Notes: generated from the sequence alone by a model not told the origin. 64,000 nt of DNA from Eledone cirrhosa (GCA_964016885.1 OZ024743.1:118978001-119042000); one strand, 5' to 3'. Shown: positions 1-17,877, numbered from the stretch's first letter. Made by a program: numbers and translations.

Positions 1-2927
1 AAACTACAAGAGGTCAAACATTTCTTCAACTAAATATTAACTTTATTATGTATTATCCAAATTCAAAATTCTAACTAGGTAAACACGGCGTATTGAAAAA
101 TTTCCTACCTCCTCCCTCCCGTCTACTCATTTTAGCTGTGTAAGCAAATCTTCTCTGATGTTCACATACATTGAAGTTTATAAACACGGAAGGGTGTTCT
201 TTGTTATTGACAAACACTGTTGTGTTTTTTGCAACTTTATACCATATTTATTTAGCTAATTCGAAAATCAGGTGGTAATTTCTTTCTCAAAACATTGGAA
301 ATATGTTTTCACTATATTTCATTGAAACAAGATTCAGTATTTTTTTTTTTCTGATCATTATTTTTCTTTTCTCCGAATCTTTAGTATCTGAATATGTAAT
401 AAAATGAAAATAAGATATATGCAATATGTGTTTGCATTGAATGACTATCTCGTTGCATTGAATAGAAGTGTAGGGGCGTGTAACACTTAATGTAATGCGA
501 TAATATGACTGGTATAGTTTTAAATATATGATCCGAGGATTCAAGACATTAATAAGTATGTTATGTATTAAGTAACTTCAGAACATTGACTAGAAAGATG
601 TCCAGTTAACGCTACCTAATAGACATATAACGAAAGTATTTCCAAAAATTTCAACAGATAATCTCAACCAAAAGCTGTGTTCTTCACAGATTAGCAATCA
701 AACGGAATGCTCATCAGTTAGTTTGCAGTTCCATCAACCTTATTACTTATTTACAATTTGCCAATCAAGTATCTTGGTCCAATAATACTCTTCTTGTCTA
801 ATATGTATGACTTCATCAAGGAGATTAGCTGGCACTCAAAACTTGTTTCAAAACATCGGTAGGGGTGCGAGTAAAGGAGGAATATATTCTCAGACAGAGA
901 ACCTGACTTGAACTCTTCTTAAAGTACCCATGAGCGAGCTGGAAATAATAAATGTACAATTATGTTCTCAGAATGATCTTCGAAATATTTTCAGCGCTTC
1001 GTCTACTATTATAATTCAGCCACATTTGTCTCTATTGTTTGTTAACTAAGATTTCAAACATAACCAAGAGTTTTACTGATAGTGAATCAACTTTTGGACA
1101 GAAGAGAAACGGTTATGTTAGTGATTCCCTGTTCTAAATAAAATATTTCGTGAAAGAAAAATTGGATTTGCTGAATGCGTCAAGAGAGTTAAGCTTTCTT
1201 AAATCTGAAAGAAAATAAATAATTCATACATAATCCTTCTTTGAATTCTTTCTCGTCAAAACGCAAGAATGTCAGAAGAAAGAAACCTCTATGCGGTCAA
1301 TCCACCTGCAAGAATTAACACCCAAATTACTCTTTTTCAAAGCCTACTGTCTTGCAAACTAAGTAAATTGGAAGCCTTCATTCCCTTATCTATATTTTCG
1401 TGTTCTTTCTTTTTCATTAAATATGAGTACAGTTGAAAACAAAATGTGAACGTTTGACCTTTTGCTCTAAATTAACATCGATTTTAATTTCTTATTTCTT
1501 ATAAGCTGATTGTTTTGTTTCTATCGTCAAACAGCTGGATTTACTATTGTTCATAATATACGAGAAATGACACCAAACATATGTATCATTAGTGTACTAC
1601 TCTGGTTTTGTGGCGTGGAAAGCGGGTTGAATATACCCATTCTCCTAGGACACCATCCTATCGAATCTAACTTAACCATATGCTCAAACATTTATGCTTC
1701 ATAACTAGGTTTAATGAATTATTTAAGATTATACTTGACAATAAGAAATAGAAAACGGCAAACATTTTGCAGTAGATTTGAACATAATCCACGAAAATGT
1801 CCTATAAGATATTTCCCTTCACCAAATACACAATTTTACAAAACGCGATAATATGGAAAATAGTATTCCATAAGAAGGATTTTAAAATAAATATCAGAAA
1901 TCAAACGTAATTTATATAACAACACACTGCTATAAAACTACCCTTGAATGAAACTTTGTAGGCGGAGCTAGTTAGGAATAGTCTAGTTTGCCATCGAATA
2001 GCTTTAAATAAGATTGATGCGTTTCTCCCGAAATTCTGAGATTTGTTAAACTACATAACAATTCCTCATCCACGCCACACAACCACCATCACCACCAGTA
2101 GCTCTCTAGAAAATAAATTAAGACTTCAGTTGTCCATCTACATAGTTTAAGGCCGACAGCTTATCTTGGAGTCACACATGCTTGAAGTCTGTTAAATACT
2201 GACACATTCATTATTGTTGATCTTTGAATTTTAACGACTCTAATGTCATAATTTTAACTCCGTCATTCTATTTCTGGCATATAATATTTCATAAGTTCAC
2301 ATTCCATTTACGCAAATATCCAATTAGATCCGATTCCATACGAAACAATACAATTGTTCTCATGCAGGTGAATATATCTATAGCTGAACAAAAGACGTAA
2401 TTCAAAATCAAAAGGTTTAATCAACAGCATTATAACTACTTCCGTCGAACCAGTGATGGGAATTTGTTCGTGTTCGCTAGTCCTACTGAAAATAGCACGT
2501 TTCCTCAAATCACAATCTGCCATTTGAAAGAAATTATGGACTTATCGGGTAATATAAATCTCCATGACCTCGCCGAGAAACAGCAGTTTTGGGTGCTTTT
2601 TACGGTTGTTGCTCCCTCTGCCAGACCCTCTGTGCACGAATCTTTCAAGTGGATCTTATTCCCATATGTATAACAATTAGGCTTTTTTGCTTTGCAGAAC
2701 CAGTGTAATTGTTTTCCTTTCTGTCATCTCTTGAATATAGCTCCAAAACAGTTTTGTGTCCGTCAGACAACATCAGGTCTCATTTCTCTACAGATCCCAC
2801 CCAACCATATGTTATTTCGTGTCACCTGTCTACCCAACACCTTCCCCAACTTTATTGCACCAATATTTTTCGGTTTAGACCCTTATTTTGCATCTCTTTA
2901 TATACTATGGCACCTGCAAATTATTAC

Positions 2928-2959
<32 letters not shown>

Positions 2960-3175
2960 GGGTGGTGGTTTGTCAGTATCGATAGAGCGTCAGACACCAG
3001 GCTTTGCAACATAGAGTTATTTCCCTTTGCGTGAGTTCAAATCCGCCGTGGTTGAATTTGCCTTTCATCCTTACGGGGTCGGTAAAATAAAGTACCAGTA
3101 ATGCCCTGGGATCAATTTAATTGATTTTCCCCTCCCCCAAAATTGCTGGCCTTGTGCCTATTATAGAAATGATTA
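2960..3175 (+). mobile_element. tRNA-derived SINE family 1 (Meta/MESC-like central domain)
   Basis: B box GAGTTCAAATCC, core GCCTTTCATCCTTACGGGGTCGGTAAAATAAAGTACCAG, 3' GCTGGCCTTGTGCCT..AGAAA. Sits in (ATT)n. Confidence 0.88.
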
Positions 3176-4094
3176 TCATTATTATTATTATGTTGCATTT
3201 CATTCATTTAACCACACTTCCACTACAGCACTGTCTGTGTTTTAGGTTACATTATTGATTATGTTGCTGAGATGAGATAACTGCATGAAATATTTGCTAA
3301 AACAAATATCTTGAGCTTTAGCTAATTCTAACTGGCTAGTAACTCACTCTTCGTTGATTGAAATAGCTATCGAATTTTTTCTCTATCTTCTCATCATATT
3401 TTAGTAGGAAAAATGATTTGAAAAAATTACCTTTGGATCGTAACTTCAAAGTTAAATGAATGGTTGTCTGAAAAGCTGTATAAATTATAATTAACTAATT
3501 AATTAATTAATTTACCGTAGACAAGTAGTTATACCACAATATTGATTTTTTTTTATGAAAAAATCTTCAAACGCATTGATTTTCACTGACTGTAAATAAA
3601 GCCCTATAGTTTTAGAGGATACGAGAGGAAATTGAATAAAAGTGACGTTTATGAAAATAATAAGTTCAATAGTGTTATACATAAAGGGGAATTGGCTTCA
3701 GATGAAAATCGAAACTGGGTTGCTTTTGTAGAGTAGCGCGAGCTCTAACTCTCAGATTATACCGTTCAATTAGAGATGTTCATATTGAATCAACAAATTG
3801 TAATAAACGCCCCCCTCCCCCCCATTTCAAATATATCAGCATTCGCCATTATTTTCTTCCTCAACTTTAGATTATCAGATGACAACATTTTTTTTTAAAC
3901 TTTCATTTTCAAGTCTCAGGCATTGGCAACTGGCCAAGCTTATAAAACGCTTTCAAAGATGTCTGATCGGTCATTTCAATAACTTCAGTACTATTTCATT
4001 CTGATATATATTTATCAAATGGCTAAATTGCGTTACCATATAAAAACGAACAAATTAAATATATACATCACCCACCCATTTATTGTTTTTCTTC

Positions 4095-4710
4095 ATCTAC
4101 TTAATCATGGAAAGGTCATGGAGGCAGAGTCCTTAAGCATGCATTCCAGCAGGTCCTATCAGAAATAATAGTCTCCAATTAATCCAGATGGATACCCAGT
4201 CGAATTTACACATATTATTCAACCATATTGCTGGGGTCTACCACTGGATCTCCTGCAAGTTGATTTTGCCCGTTAGATCTGTCCAGTGATACTTTCTTTA
4301 GACATTCTAACTACATGTCCATAGTATCGGAGATGTAATATCGCAATTCGCAGAAATAGCGGTTCTGCCAGGGGTGACACCCTGACCCCTATACTACACA
4401 CACTAGCGTGTAACGTTACACCAAAATTCCTGCGGAGGAGCCCCATTTCGGTCGCTTGTGATCGAATTCTTTCCGCCATTACCCAGAATTCCTGACTAAA
4501 GGCAAGAGTTGGCATGAATACTGAATTGAAGATAGCGTGTTTGGCTTTTGCACCTACCCTCCTTCTGATGCTCAAATGCTCCTGTTTTACAATTCTTAAT
4601 TCAGCCTCCGGCCTTTCATCACTCGTGAACACGGCCCAGAGATACTTGGACTTCTCTACCTGCTTCATTGGAACTTCATTCACATGAAGAGTGCACTGCA
4701 TAGGCTTTAA
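4095..4710 (-). mobile_element. RTE-clade LINE 3' fragment (family A)
   Basis: LHVNEVPMKQVEKSKYLWAVFTSD...IFNSVFMPTLAFSQEFWVM...ATEMGLLRRNFGVTL...EPLFLRI..LRYYGHVVRM, the typical post-RT region of RTE elements. Homologous to 16190-16800. Confidence 0.88.
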
Positions 4711-5582
4711 GCTTGAGGGGTGAGTGTACTGATTCCTATCGTGCAACATTCGCCCGTTATCAGGTGCATTTCAGAGATCAGCTTCTGCGAGTTACGTAAT
4801 ACCATTTATTTGATTATTTAATACGGGATTCCTCTACGATAGTTTAACAGCAAGGCAATGATCAATCCAAGGCTTCACTAGATGTCATTTGCCTAATAAG
4901 CAACAGATATGGGTCGAAACTGGAACAGCGAAATTGTGAAATGTGTCTTATTACAAATGATATTTATATCATCACTTCCTGTTCCATATTATATATTAAA
5001 CCATTCTAAAGTTTAAATTGTTAACCCCTTATCCGGAGATACGTCAAACATGATAAAATAGTGAGTTGTATGTTCTGAAAAATATATTAGAGACTATTAG
5101 ATCTTATAATAGTAGATCACTCAACAAATAGTAAAGAAAGAGATAATACTGATAGTAAAAAATAACAGAGTTTATTATGGATGGTAACAAAACCACCAGT
5201 AACAGCAACGAGTTTGGGAGGATAAAGGAAATGATTGCGATGAGATGATAAAGAAAAGTGATGTCAGTGATGAGAGAAACATACAGCTTTAAGAAAACAT
5301 TACATGTACTATATATATATGTGTGTGTGTACATGTGCGTGTGTATCATTATGTTTTCATTTGTTTTTCTTCGATTATTTTTTCACACTTCTTACTTTAA
5401 TTATGATATGCATAATATTTACTATTCTAGTAATACAGATGATAGTGATTAGGATGATAATCAGGGGCATGAATGTCTGTCATGAGCGTATTACGTTATT
5501 CTTTTGAATACTAACGGCGAACACCGGAAATATAAACGAGAATCTAAAAATGGAAACGAATACATGCATTCATTGTTTGATG

Positions 5583-5669
<87 letters not shown>

Positions 5670-5712
5670 ATATATACATATATATATATATATGTGTGTG
5701 TATATATATATA

Positions 5713-5745
<33 letters not shown>

Positions 5746-5882
5746 GCGTATATATATATATATATATGTGTATATATATATATATGTGTGTATATATATA
5801 TATTTGTGTGTGTGTATGTATATATATATATATGTGTCTGTATATATATATATATGTGTGTGTATATATATATATATATATA

Positions 5883-5919
<37 letters not shown>

Positions 5920-6134
5920 GATCGATCGACTTTCGTCAAATCGGACCGAGGAAACAATGTTTCCGTCGGTCTTTCCAATTGCTAATACTATCTATCGGTC
6001 GCAACTCCAGGTAGAATGAGCAACGTGAAATAAAGTGCCTTGCTCAAGGACATAACGCACCTGGTCCACGAATCGAACTCACAACCTCAAGATTGTGAAT
6101 CCAATTCTCTAACCACTCAGCCACACGCCTTCAC
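5920..6134 (-). mobile_element. tRNA-derived SINE family 2 (CORE-like domain), between TA arrays
   Basis: Minus strand: GGCGTGTGGCTGAGTGGTTAGAG (A box), GAGTTCGATTC (B box), TGTCCTTGAGCAAGGCACTTTATTTCACGTTGCTC. Confidence 0.82.
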
Positions 6135-6207
6135 ATATATATATATGTGTATATATATATATATGTATATGTATATATATATATATGTATATGTATATAT
6201 GTATATA

Positions 6208-6467
<260 letters not shown>

Positions 6468-6534
6468 TATATATATATATATACACATATATATATATAT
6501 ATATATACACATATATATATATATATATATACAC

Positions 6535-6607
<73 letters not shown>

Positions 6608-6949
6608 CTCCCGTTTGGCTCACAGAGGGTCTCTTCTTGCTTACATCCCACTCACGCTGGAGGTGTTTGTACCTTTCGCTCATGAATTCCATTCAGCTTA
6701 TATGCTGACCAGAACCACCATGTTGCTGGTTTATTTCCTTTCTTTGGTTTGCTTTTATCCTTCTATGTTGTTCACTTGTCCCCCTCGCTTTACGCGATTT
6801 ACTGGTTCCAATAAATTTTTTTAGTTATTGCTCGCACCAATCTGAGGTATATGATTTTTAATGGAATGTAATACCAATGATGGTTGGGAAATCACTGACG
6901 AAGGAGTATTTTTATCATATGTAACCTATGTGCAACCACGCAGTATCCT

Positions 6950-7065
<116 letters not shown>

Positions 7066-7118
7066 GTATATATATGTATATATATGTATATATATATATG
7101 TATGTATATATATATATG

Positions 7119-7152
<34 letters not shown>

Positions 7153-7220
7153 TATATGTATATGTATATATATATATATGTATATGTATATATGTATATG
7201 TATATATGTATATATATATG

Positions 7221-7427
<207 letters not shown>

Positions 7428-7450
7428 ATATATATATGTATATATATATG

Positions 7451-7485
<35 letters not shown>

Positions 7486-7492
7486 GTATATA

Positions 7493-7565
<73 letters not shown>

Positions 7566-7712
7566 GTATATATATATATGTATATATATATATGTATATA
7601 TATATATATGTATATGTATATATATATATGTATATATATATATATGTATATGTATATATATATATGTATATATATATATATGTATATGTATATATATATA
7701 TGTATATATATA

Positions 7713-7955
<243 letters not shown>

Positions 7956-7957
7956 GG

Positions 7958-7989
<32 letters not shown>

Positions 7990-8362
7990 GTATATATTTA
8001 TATATGTATATATATATATATATGTATATATATGTATATATATATGTATATATATGTATATGTATATATGTATATGTATATATGTATATATATATGTATA
8101 TATATATGTATATGTATATATTTATATATATATGTATATATGTATATATATATGTATATATATATGTATATATGTATATATATATGTATATATATATGTA
8201 TATATGTATATATATATATGTATATATGTATATGTATATATGTATATATATATATGTATATGTATATATGTATATATATATGTATATGTATATATATATA
8301 TATGTATATATATATATGTATATATGTATATATATATGTATATATATATGTATATATATATG

Positions 8363-8393
<31 letters not shown>

Positions 8394-8851
8394 GTATATA
8401 TATATGTATATATATATGTATATATATATGTATATATATATGTATATATATGTGTATATATATATGTATATATATATGTATATATATATGTATATATATA
8501 TATATATGTACATATATATGTATATATATATATGTATATATATATGTATATATATATGTATATATATATGTATATATATATGTATATATATAGATGTATA
8601 TATATATATGTATATAGATGTATATATATATATGTATATATATATATGTATATATATATATATGTATATATATATATGTATATATATATATATGTATATA
8701 TGTATATATATATATGTATATATATGTGTATATATATATGTGTATATATATATGTGTGTATATATATATATGTATATGTATGTATATGTATGTATATGTA
8801 TATATATGTATGTATATGTATATATATGTATATATATATATATGTATATAC

Positions 8852-8883
<32 letters not shown>

Positions 8884-8911
8884 GTATATACATATATATA
8901 TATGTATATAC

Positions 8912-8943
<32 letters not shown>

Positions 8944-8994
8944 GTATATACATATATGTATATATATATATATATGTATATATAAATATATATG

Positions 8995-9065
<71 letters not shown>

Positions 9066-9068
9066 GTA

Positions 9069-9116
<48 letters not shown>

Positions 9117-9300
9117 GATATATATATAGATATATATGTATAGATATATATGTATATATATATAGATATATATGTATATATATATGTATATATGTATATA
9201 TATAGATATATATATATAGATATATATGTATAGATATATATGTATATATATAGATATATATGTATATATATATGTATATATATATGTATATATATATATG

Positions 9301-9437
<137 letters not shown>

Positions 9438-9438
9438 G

Positions 9439-9495
<57 letters not shown>

Positions 9496-9540
9496 GTACA
9501 TATATATATATATATGTGTATATATATATATGTATGTATA

Positions 9541-9583
<43 letters not shown>

Positions 9584-9587
9584 GTAC

Positions 9588-9782
<195 letters not shown>

Positions 9783-9822
9783 TATATATATATATATATG
9801 TGCAGATATATATATATATATA

Positions 9823-9864
<42 letters not shown>

Positions 9865-9887
9865 CATATATATATATATATATGTAC

Positions 9888-10042
<155 letters not shown>

Positions 10043-10559
10043 CATATATATACATATATATATATATATGTACCTTTATATACATATATTTCGTTTCTGA
10101 ATTTGTTTAGCAAGATTCTTTATCTGAAATCGTGTGTTGAAACCGATATTGTTATACTTTGGGAGGGTCATGTTGCCAATAAGAAACACACGCACCAGTT
10201 GCTTTCACTTCAATTTATTATATATTTATAAATTTATAAATTTACAAATCTACAAACTTATAAATTTCTGGTTGGTTGGTTTGTTCCACAACCAGATAGT
10301 TGTTTATATATAGTCATAATCCTTTCGTCACACACTCTGTGACTGGGGATTCCTTTCTTTGTTTCTGTGCCTTTCCTTTCTTCTGTCCTGCGCCATTTTG
10401 TTTCTGTGTGTGTGTGTTGTGTGCTCAGTTTGCGCATGCGCCACATCCGGGTGTCTGTGTGTGTTTGTGTTCATTTATCTATTTGTTTATTTATTTATTT
10501 TATTTACATGTTGTTGGTTGGTTGTTTGTTCTATGTGTGTGTGTGTTTTCATTTTGTCC

Positions 10560-11492
10560 TTAATTGTAAGTTGTGATGTTGCTGTTCCACTCATATTTTC
10601 TATTTAATTTTGGTTGTAATTCTTTTATGCTTACTGCCTCTGTAATTTGCCTAAACATTGCATCTTTTCTGTGTGTGGATTCTATTTTTATTTCTATGTT
10701 CTCTAAATTACCCTTGTGTTCTATTTTAGCATGTTGGTAGAGTACAGATGATTCTTTATTATCTTGAAGGTCTCGCCAGTGTTCATTTATTCGTTCCCCT
10801 ATACTACGAGCTGTCTCACCTATGTACACTATATTTTTGTTTCTACATTGTCCTTCAGTACATCTTATGCTATACACTACATTTCTAGTTTTACAGTTAA
10901 TATGGGGGCTTATTTTACAGGTTATACAATTCTTATCTATACATGAGGGTCTTTGGAACGGGTATGTCTTGCTAATAAGTGTTTTTACGGAGGTACCAGG
11001 TCTTTCTACTATCTTAATATTGAGATTATGTTTCTTTAGGGCCCTTCTAAATTTGTAGGCTAGTTCGCCTCTAGGGGTTGTATTGATGAACATTACACTC
11101 TGGTATTTATTGCTATCATACCATGAGTTTATTCTATTGGCCTTGTTCTTAGTTCTTTCTATTCTATTCCAAAATTTGCTCCTATACAAGGGGCAGGTCC
11201 CATTTATGTCATTATTTACCATTTTTTCCCATTTGGTTCTGGCTCCTTTATACACTCTGATTCTATCTCTCTGATTGTAGCCAGAGAACTGCATACGGTG
11301 GATGAAGTGTTGTATGTGTCTCTCTAGTTCTTCGGGGTTGCACATGCGGGACACATTTCTCATCACCCGTACCAAATCCGCAATCAGTATGTTGATTTTG
11401 GTATGGTCCGAAATGGCCGAGTTTCGGTGGATCAGATGTTTGGAAGTCATGGGTTTGGCGTAATGGGAATGGAGGATTTGTTTTTGGTTGTA
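10560..11492 (-). CDS. Truncated PLE polyprotein: RT thumb/linker, Cys-rich linker and GIY-YIG endonuclease
   Basis: Uninterrupted frame: HYAKPMTS...RMQFSGY...PLYRSKFW...CIDKNCITC...NCKTRNVVYSIRC...VYIGETARSIGERINEH...HAKIEH...RQITEAV...LNRKYEW. The first 23 aa of the listed ORF (11493-11561) come from the inverted arm and are not genuine. The RT catalytic core is absent. Confidence 0.92.
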   Translation of the reverse strand, partial: YNQKQILHSHYAKPMTSKHLIHRNSAISDHTKINILIADLVRVMRNVSRMCNPEELERHIQHFIHRMQFSGYNQRDRIRVYKGARTKWEKMVNNDINGTCPLYRSKFWNRIERTKNKANRINSWYDSNKYQSVMFINTTPRGELAYKFRRALKKHNLNIKIVERPGTSVKTLISKTYPFQRPSCIDKNCITCKISPHINCKTRNVVYSIRCTEGQCRNKNIVYIGETARSIGERINEHWRDLQDNKESSVLYQHAKIEHKGNLENIEIKIESTHRKDAMFRQITEAVSIKELQPKLNRKYEWNSNITTYN

Positions 11493-11790
11493 AGAGGCAG
11501 TAAGCATAAAAGAATTACAACCAAAATTAAATAGAAAATATGAGTGGAACAGCACCATCACAACTTACAATTAAGGACAAAATGAAAACACACACACACA
11601 TAGAACAAACAACCAACCAACAACATGTAAATAAATAAATAAATAAATAAACAAATAGATAAATGAACACAAACACACACAGACACCCGGATGTGGCGCA
11701 TGCGCAAACTGAGCACACAACACACACACAGAAACAAAATGGCGTAGGACAGAAGAAAGGAAAGGCACAGAAACAAAGAAAGGAATCCCC

Positions 11791-11835
11791 AGTCACTGAA
11801 GAGGTCACAGAGTGTGTGACGAAAGGACTATGACT
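11791..11835 (+). ncRNA. Minimal type I hammerhead ribozyme in the PLE pseudo-LTR
   Basis: AGTCA-CTGAAGA-G-GTCAC(agagtgt)GTGAC-GAAA-ggac-TA-TGACT. Stem I AGTCA/TGACT and stem II GTCAC/GTGAC are perfect. The CUGANGA and GAAA cores are present, stem III is vestigial, and the cleavage triplet is CUA (cut after 11830). Confidence 0.85.
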
Positions 11836-11985
11836 ATATATAAACAACTATCTGGTTGTGGAACCAACCAACCAACCAGAAATTTATAAGTTTGTAGATT
11901 TATAAATTTATAAATATATAATAAATTGAAGTAAAAGCAACTGGTGCGTGTGTTTCTTATTGGCAACATGACCCTCCCAAAGTAT

Positions 11986-12052
<67 letters not shown>

Positions 12053-12220
12053 TATATATATATATATATATGTACATATATATATATATATATATGTACA
12101 TATATATATATATGTACATATATATATATATATGTATTTATATGTATATATATATATGTATATATATATGTATATATATGTATATGTATATATATGTATA
12201 CATATATATATATATGTATA

Positions 12221-14481
<2,261 letters not shown>

Positions 14482-14656
14482 ATACATATATATGTATGTA
14501 TATATATATATGTATGTATATATATATATATATATATAAGTATATATTTTTAATATAGAAATGGCTTCTACAGGACTAGAACTGTTTATGTATTGAGTAC
14601 CTTAATAGCTGTGGTTACCCCTGATTGGACCCGGGATACACTTATACATATTTATA

Positions 14657-14723
<67 letters not shown>

Positions 14724-14832
14724 GAGTGCATATATATATATATATATACGGTGCATGTGTGTAAAACAAATTCCTGCGGTAACTTATTCAAAGCTGAACA
14801 TTGTATATGGGCATGGATATATATTGCCGTAT

Positions 14833-14910
<78 letters not shown>

Positions 14911-15148
14911 AAAAGGAGGAATATATAAAGAGACAGAAAAACTAATGTGATGCATTGACCATTAGTCATTCCGTTCGAATGGAGAGAAGAAAGAAGAATG
15001 TTGGGGAGAGTAAAGCAGTTCATACTATGAAAATCCCGTGGCTTCAAAGTGGATAATTTAGTGGCAGCAGGAGATATGTGAAGGTATTTCAGTTAACAAG
15101 GGAATGTAATGCTGCCTGTATTGGAGATTCTTCCCTGCATTAAACACA

Positions 15149-15213
<65 letters not shown>

Positions 15214-15217
15214 TATA

Positions 15218-15289
<72 letters not shown>

Positions 15290-15448
15290 CATGTAAGTAT
15301 GAACATACATGTATGCATTTTGTATGCCTCTTTGTTTTCTAAACGCCATTAGCCTATCAGAAAATATATCTGAAATAGATATATAGCAATGTATTCATCC
15401 TTATTTAGTTATATGTGAATATATACATTATATGTATTTATATATGTA

Positions 15449-15529
<81 letters not shown>

Positions 15530-15654
15530 CATAGACCTTGTGTTCTTTGAGATAATGTTGACATTACCTGTCCCTTACTCAGCAGTAAGAATGAGCCTCG
15601 TGTATCACTCAGTATCTGTGAAACTTTAAGTAATGCAAAATTAAGTTAAGCGGC

Positions 15655-16835
15655 TGCTATGCTAAGTGCCTGGTAAAGAGATGCAGGGAAATTGTTGAGT
15701 CCAAGCTAGCTGATGAACAGTGTGTCTTTAGCCCCAGACGCAGGTCAGCCAACCAAATATTCACGCTGCCACAGGTCTATGAGATATCGTGTGAAAATTT
15801 GCCAAGAGCTATATTCTTGCTTTGTCGACCATGAAAAGGCATAAGACCGCGTTCCTCGGGACCTGCCGTGGAAGGTTCTGCAGGAGAATGGGACCGATGG
15901 TCAGCTCCTTGCTACCCTGAATTTTCTATACAAATGCCTGAGTGTTTATGTTCAGTTATATAGTGCTAAATCGAAATTCGCAAAGGGTGCGTACTGTCAC
16001 CGCTCCTGTTCATTATTTTCATGAACAGGATTGACATGCGCAGCCGAGTTGGAAGTGATATCATAACTGGCGGCTGTAAAATCGATCGACAGAATATGAT
16101 CTTCGACTTGCACACGATAAGTTTGGTGCCGAGTGCTGCATGGCTGGAATGAACAGCCCTGCGAAAACAGAGGCACTTGTCCTCACAAGGAAGCCAATGC
16201 AGTGCACTGTACATGTAAATGGAGTTCCACTGAAGCAGGTAGAGAAGTTCAAGGATCTCGGACCCTGCGTTCACGAGTGATGGAAGGCTAGAAGCTGAAT
16301 TATGTGCAAGAAATACAGGAGCTGGTGCAGTAATGTACGCGTTTCAGCATTCAGTAACCAGGAGAAGGGAGGTAGACGTAAAAGTCAAACTCAGACTTTT
16401 TATTTCGTTATTCTTGCTAATCCTTACCTATGGTCATGATGGAAAGAATGCGATCGCGTATACAAGCGGCTCAAGTGGGGTTCCACCGGGTGGTAAATGG
16501 AGTAACGTTATTGGAGAGAATGCGTAACTCGTGATCAGAGATTCACTCCTGTTTGAGCCGCTATTTCTCTGAATTGAGAGATCGCAGCTCCGATACAATG
16601 GGAATGTGGTCAGAATGTCTCAAAGATTCGCTGGACAGATGTTATGGCCAAATCCACCCGGTAGTACACCCAAGTGTAGAAACAGAGGAAGATGGGTGTA
16701 TAACATCCATAAGTTTGGCTGGTCTCGCTTGGGGAGAGTTAGAGACGGTTGCTTCTGACAGGACCCACTGGAAGTAGTGTTTGAGGACTTTGCTTTCACG
16801 ACCATCTCAAGAATAAATGAGCGAAAAAGAAGTAC
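15655..16835 (+). mobile_element. RTE-clade LINE fragment (family A), RT region to 3' end, with internal deletions
   Basis: EQCVF...NQIFTL, FVDHEKA*DRVPRDL, RKGCVLSPLLFIIFMNRI, LKQVEKFKDLG, ILTYGH. Many stops and frameshifts. Confidence 0.88.
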
Positions 16836-16914
16836 TAAACTCGCTACTACATGCATATATAGATATATCTATATACATATGTGTGGAGCGTGAGTGTGTG
16901 TGAGAGTATATGTG

Positions 16915-16958
<44 letters not shown>

Positions 16959-16973
16959 CATATACATACACAC

Positions 16974-17004
<31 letters not shown>

Positions 17005-17642
17005 TGCGTGTGTGTCTTTCGATGATGTCCGTCTGCTGCGAAAGATGTTCATGCCAACGAGATAGCAGATGAACCAGTGCTTTCGAACGAAATTTTTCGT
17101 AACATATATTCTGCCTGAATCGCAAATAAATGTATATCACTCTCACCATCCTATATTCTGTGATATCTTATGGATAGTGATGGTGTTGTTTTAAATTATA
17201 ATATAAAATAAACATTAAATAAATAAATAGCCCGACTCGCGGATATAGTCCCACGAATGAATAGATATGTTACCTTAAATAAAGATATTATCATTCTTGC
17301 GTTTGTAAAAATAATGAAACTAATATTATGTATTATTATCTCCATTTCTTTCCCCCTGTTTTATCTTTAGTTCTTCTATTATTTTTATGTAATAAAATGG
17401 TGCCTTGTGAAGTGAGGAAATTTGAAGTGTGTTTTATTAAGATCAAATCAGACAGAAAATTACAACGTATATACAAGTATCGACATCTCACGTATATATA
17501 TGTGGGTGTACAATACACACATGCATGCATAAAAACATTCTACTTTATTTGAACATCACAGTATTGAAACTGTATGTGAATACACACGCATACATATTTG
17601 TTTGCACTCCACATTATTGAAACCATTCGTGAATACACACCC

Positions 17643-17690
<48 letters not shown>

Positions 17691-17693
<3 letters not shown>

Positions 17694-17877
17694 CGAAGGA
17701 AGTGTGGTAAGCAACCAGGTGGGCCATAATGCACCATAATGCACTGAGGGTAGTAGAGTGGGTAATAGGAAACGAGTCAGGACCCCGACGGCTGAGCTCC
17801 GGGTCGTTACGACAGCTACTGTTCGGATCTAGCTGTCGAAACGGCCGGAGCTCAGCTGTCGGGGTCATGACTCTTTT

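Larger units (their letters stand above)
10070..11993 (-). mobile_element. Penelope-like retroelement (C-terminal GIY-YIG type, possibly Nematis-like clade), 5'-truncated, with inverted pseudo-LTRs, inserted in a (TA)n array
   Basis: Minus-strand ORF carries PLE RT C-terminal/thumb sequence and a GIY-YIG endonuclease. Segment 10146-10641 is the reverse complement of 11493-11993 apart from a few substitutions and indels. (TA)n lies on both sides. An inverted pLTR at the truncation point is a known PLE architecture. The clade assignment is inference from motif style. Confidence 0.93.

Noticed and set aside
287-2700. Short ORFs and acceptor-like sites in unique AT-rich DNA
   Set aside because: Stops in all frames after the candidate acceptors, and no recognisable domain.
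4860-4935. Hammerhead-like GGGTCGAAAC motif
   Set aside because: No upstream CUGANGA core or pairing stems found.
5920-6134. tRNA gene
   Set aside because: A and B boxes are present but run into a SINE body, and no full cloverleaf is evident. The same holds for family 1 heads.
10560-11561. Selenoprotein-encoding Naiad-type PLE
   Set aside because: The endonuclease is C-terminal, whereas Naiads have an N-terminal EN. There is no in-frame TGA, and a hammerhead is present.
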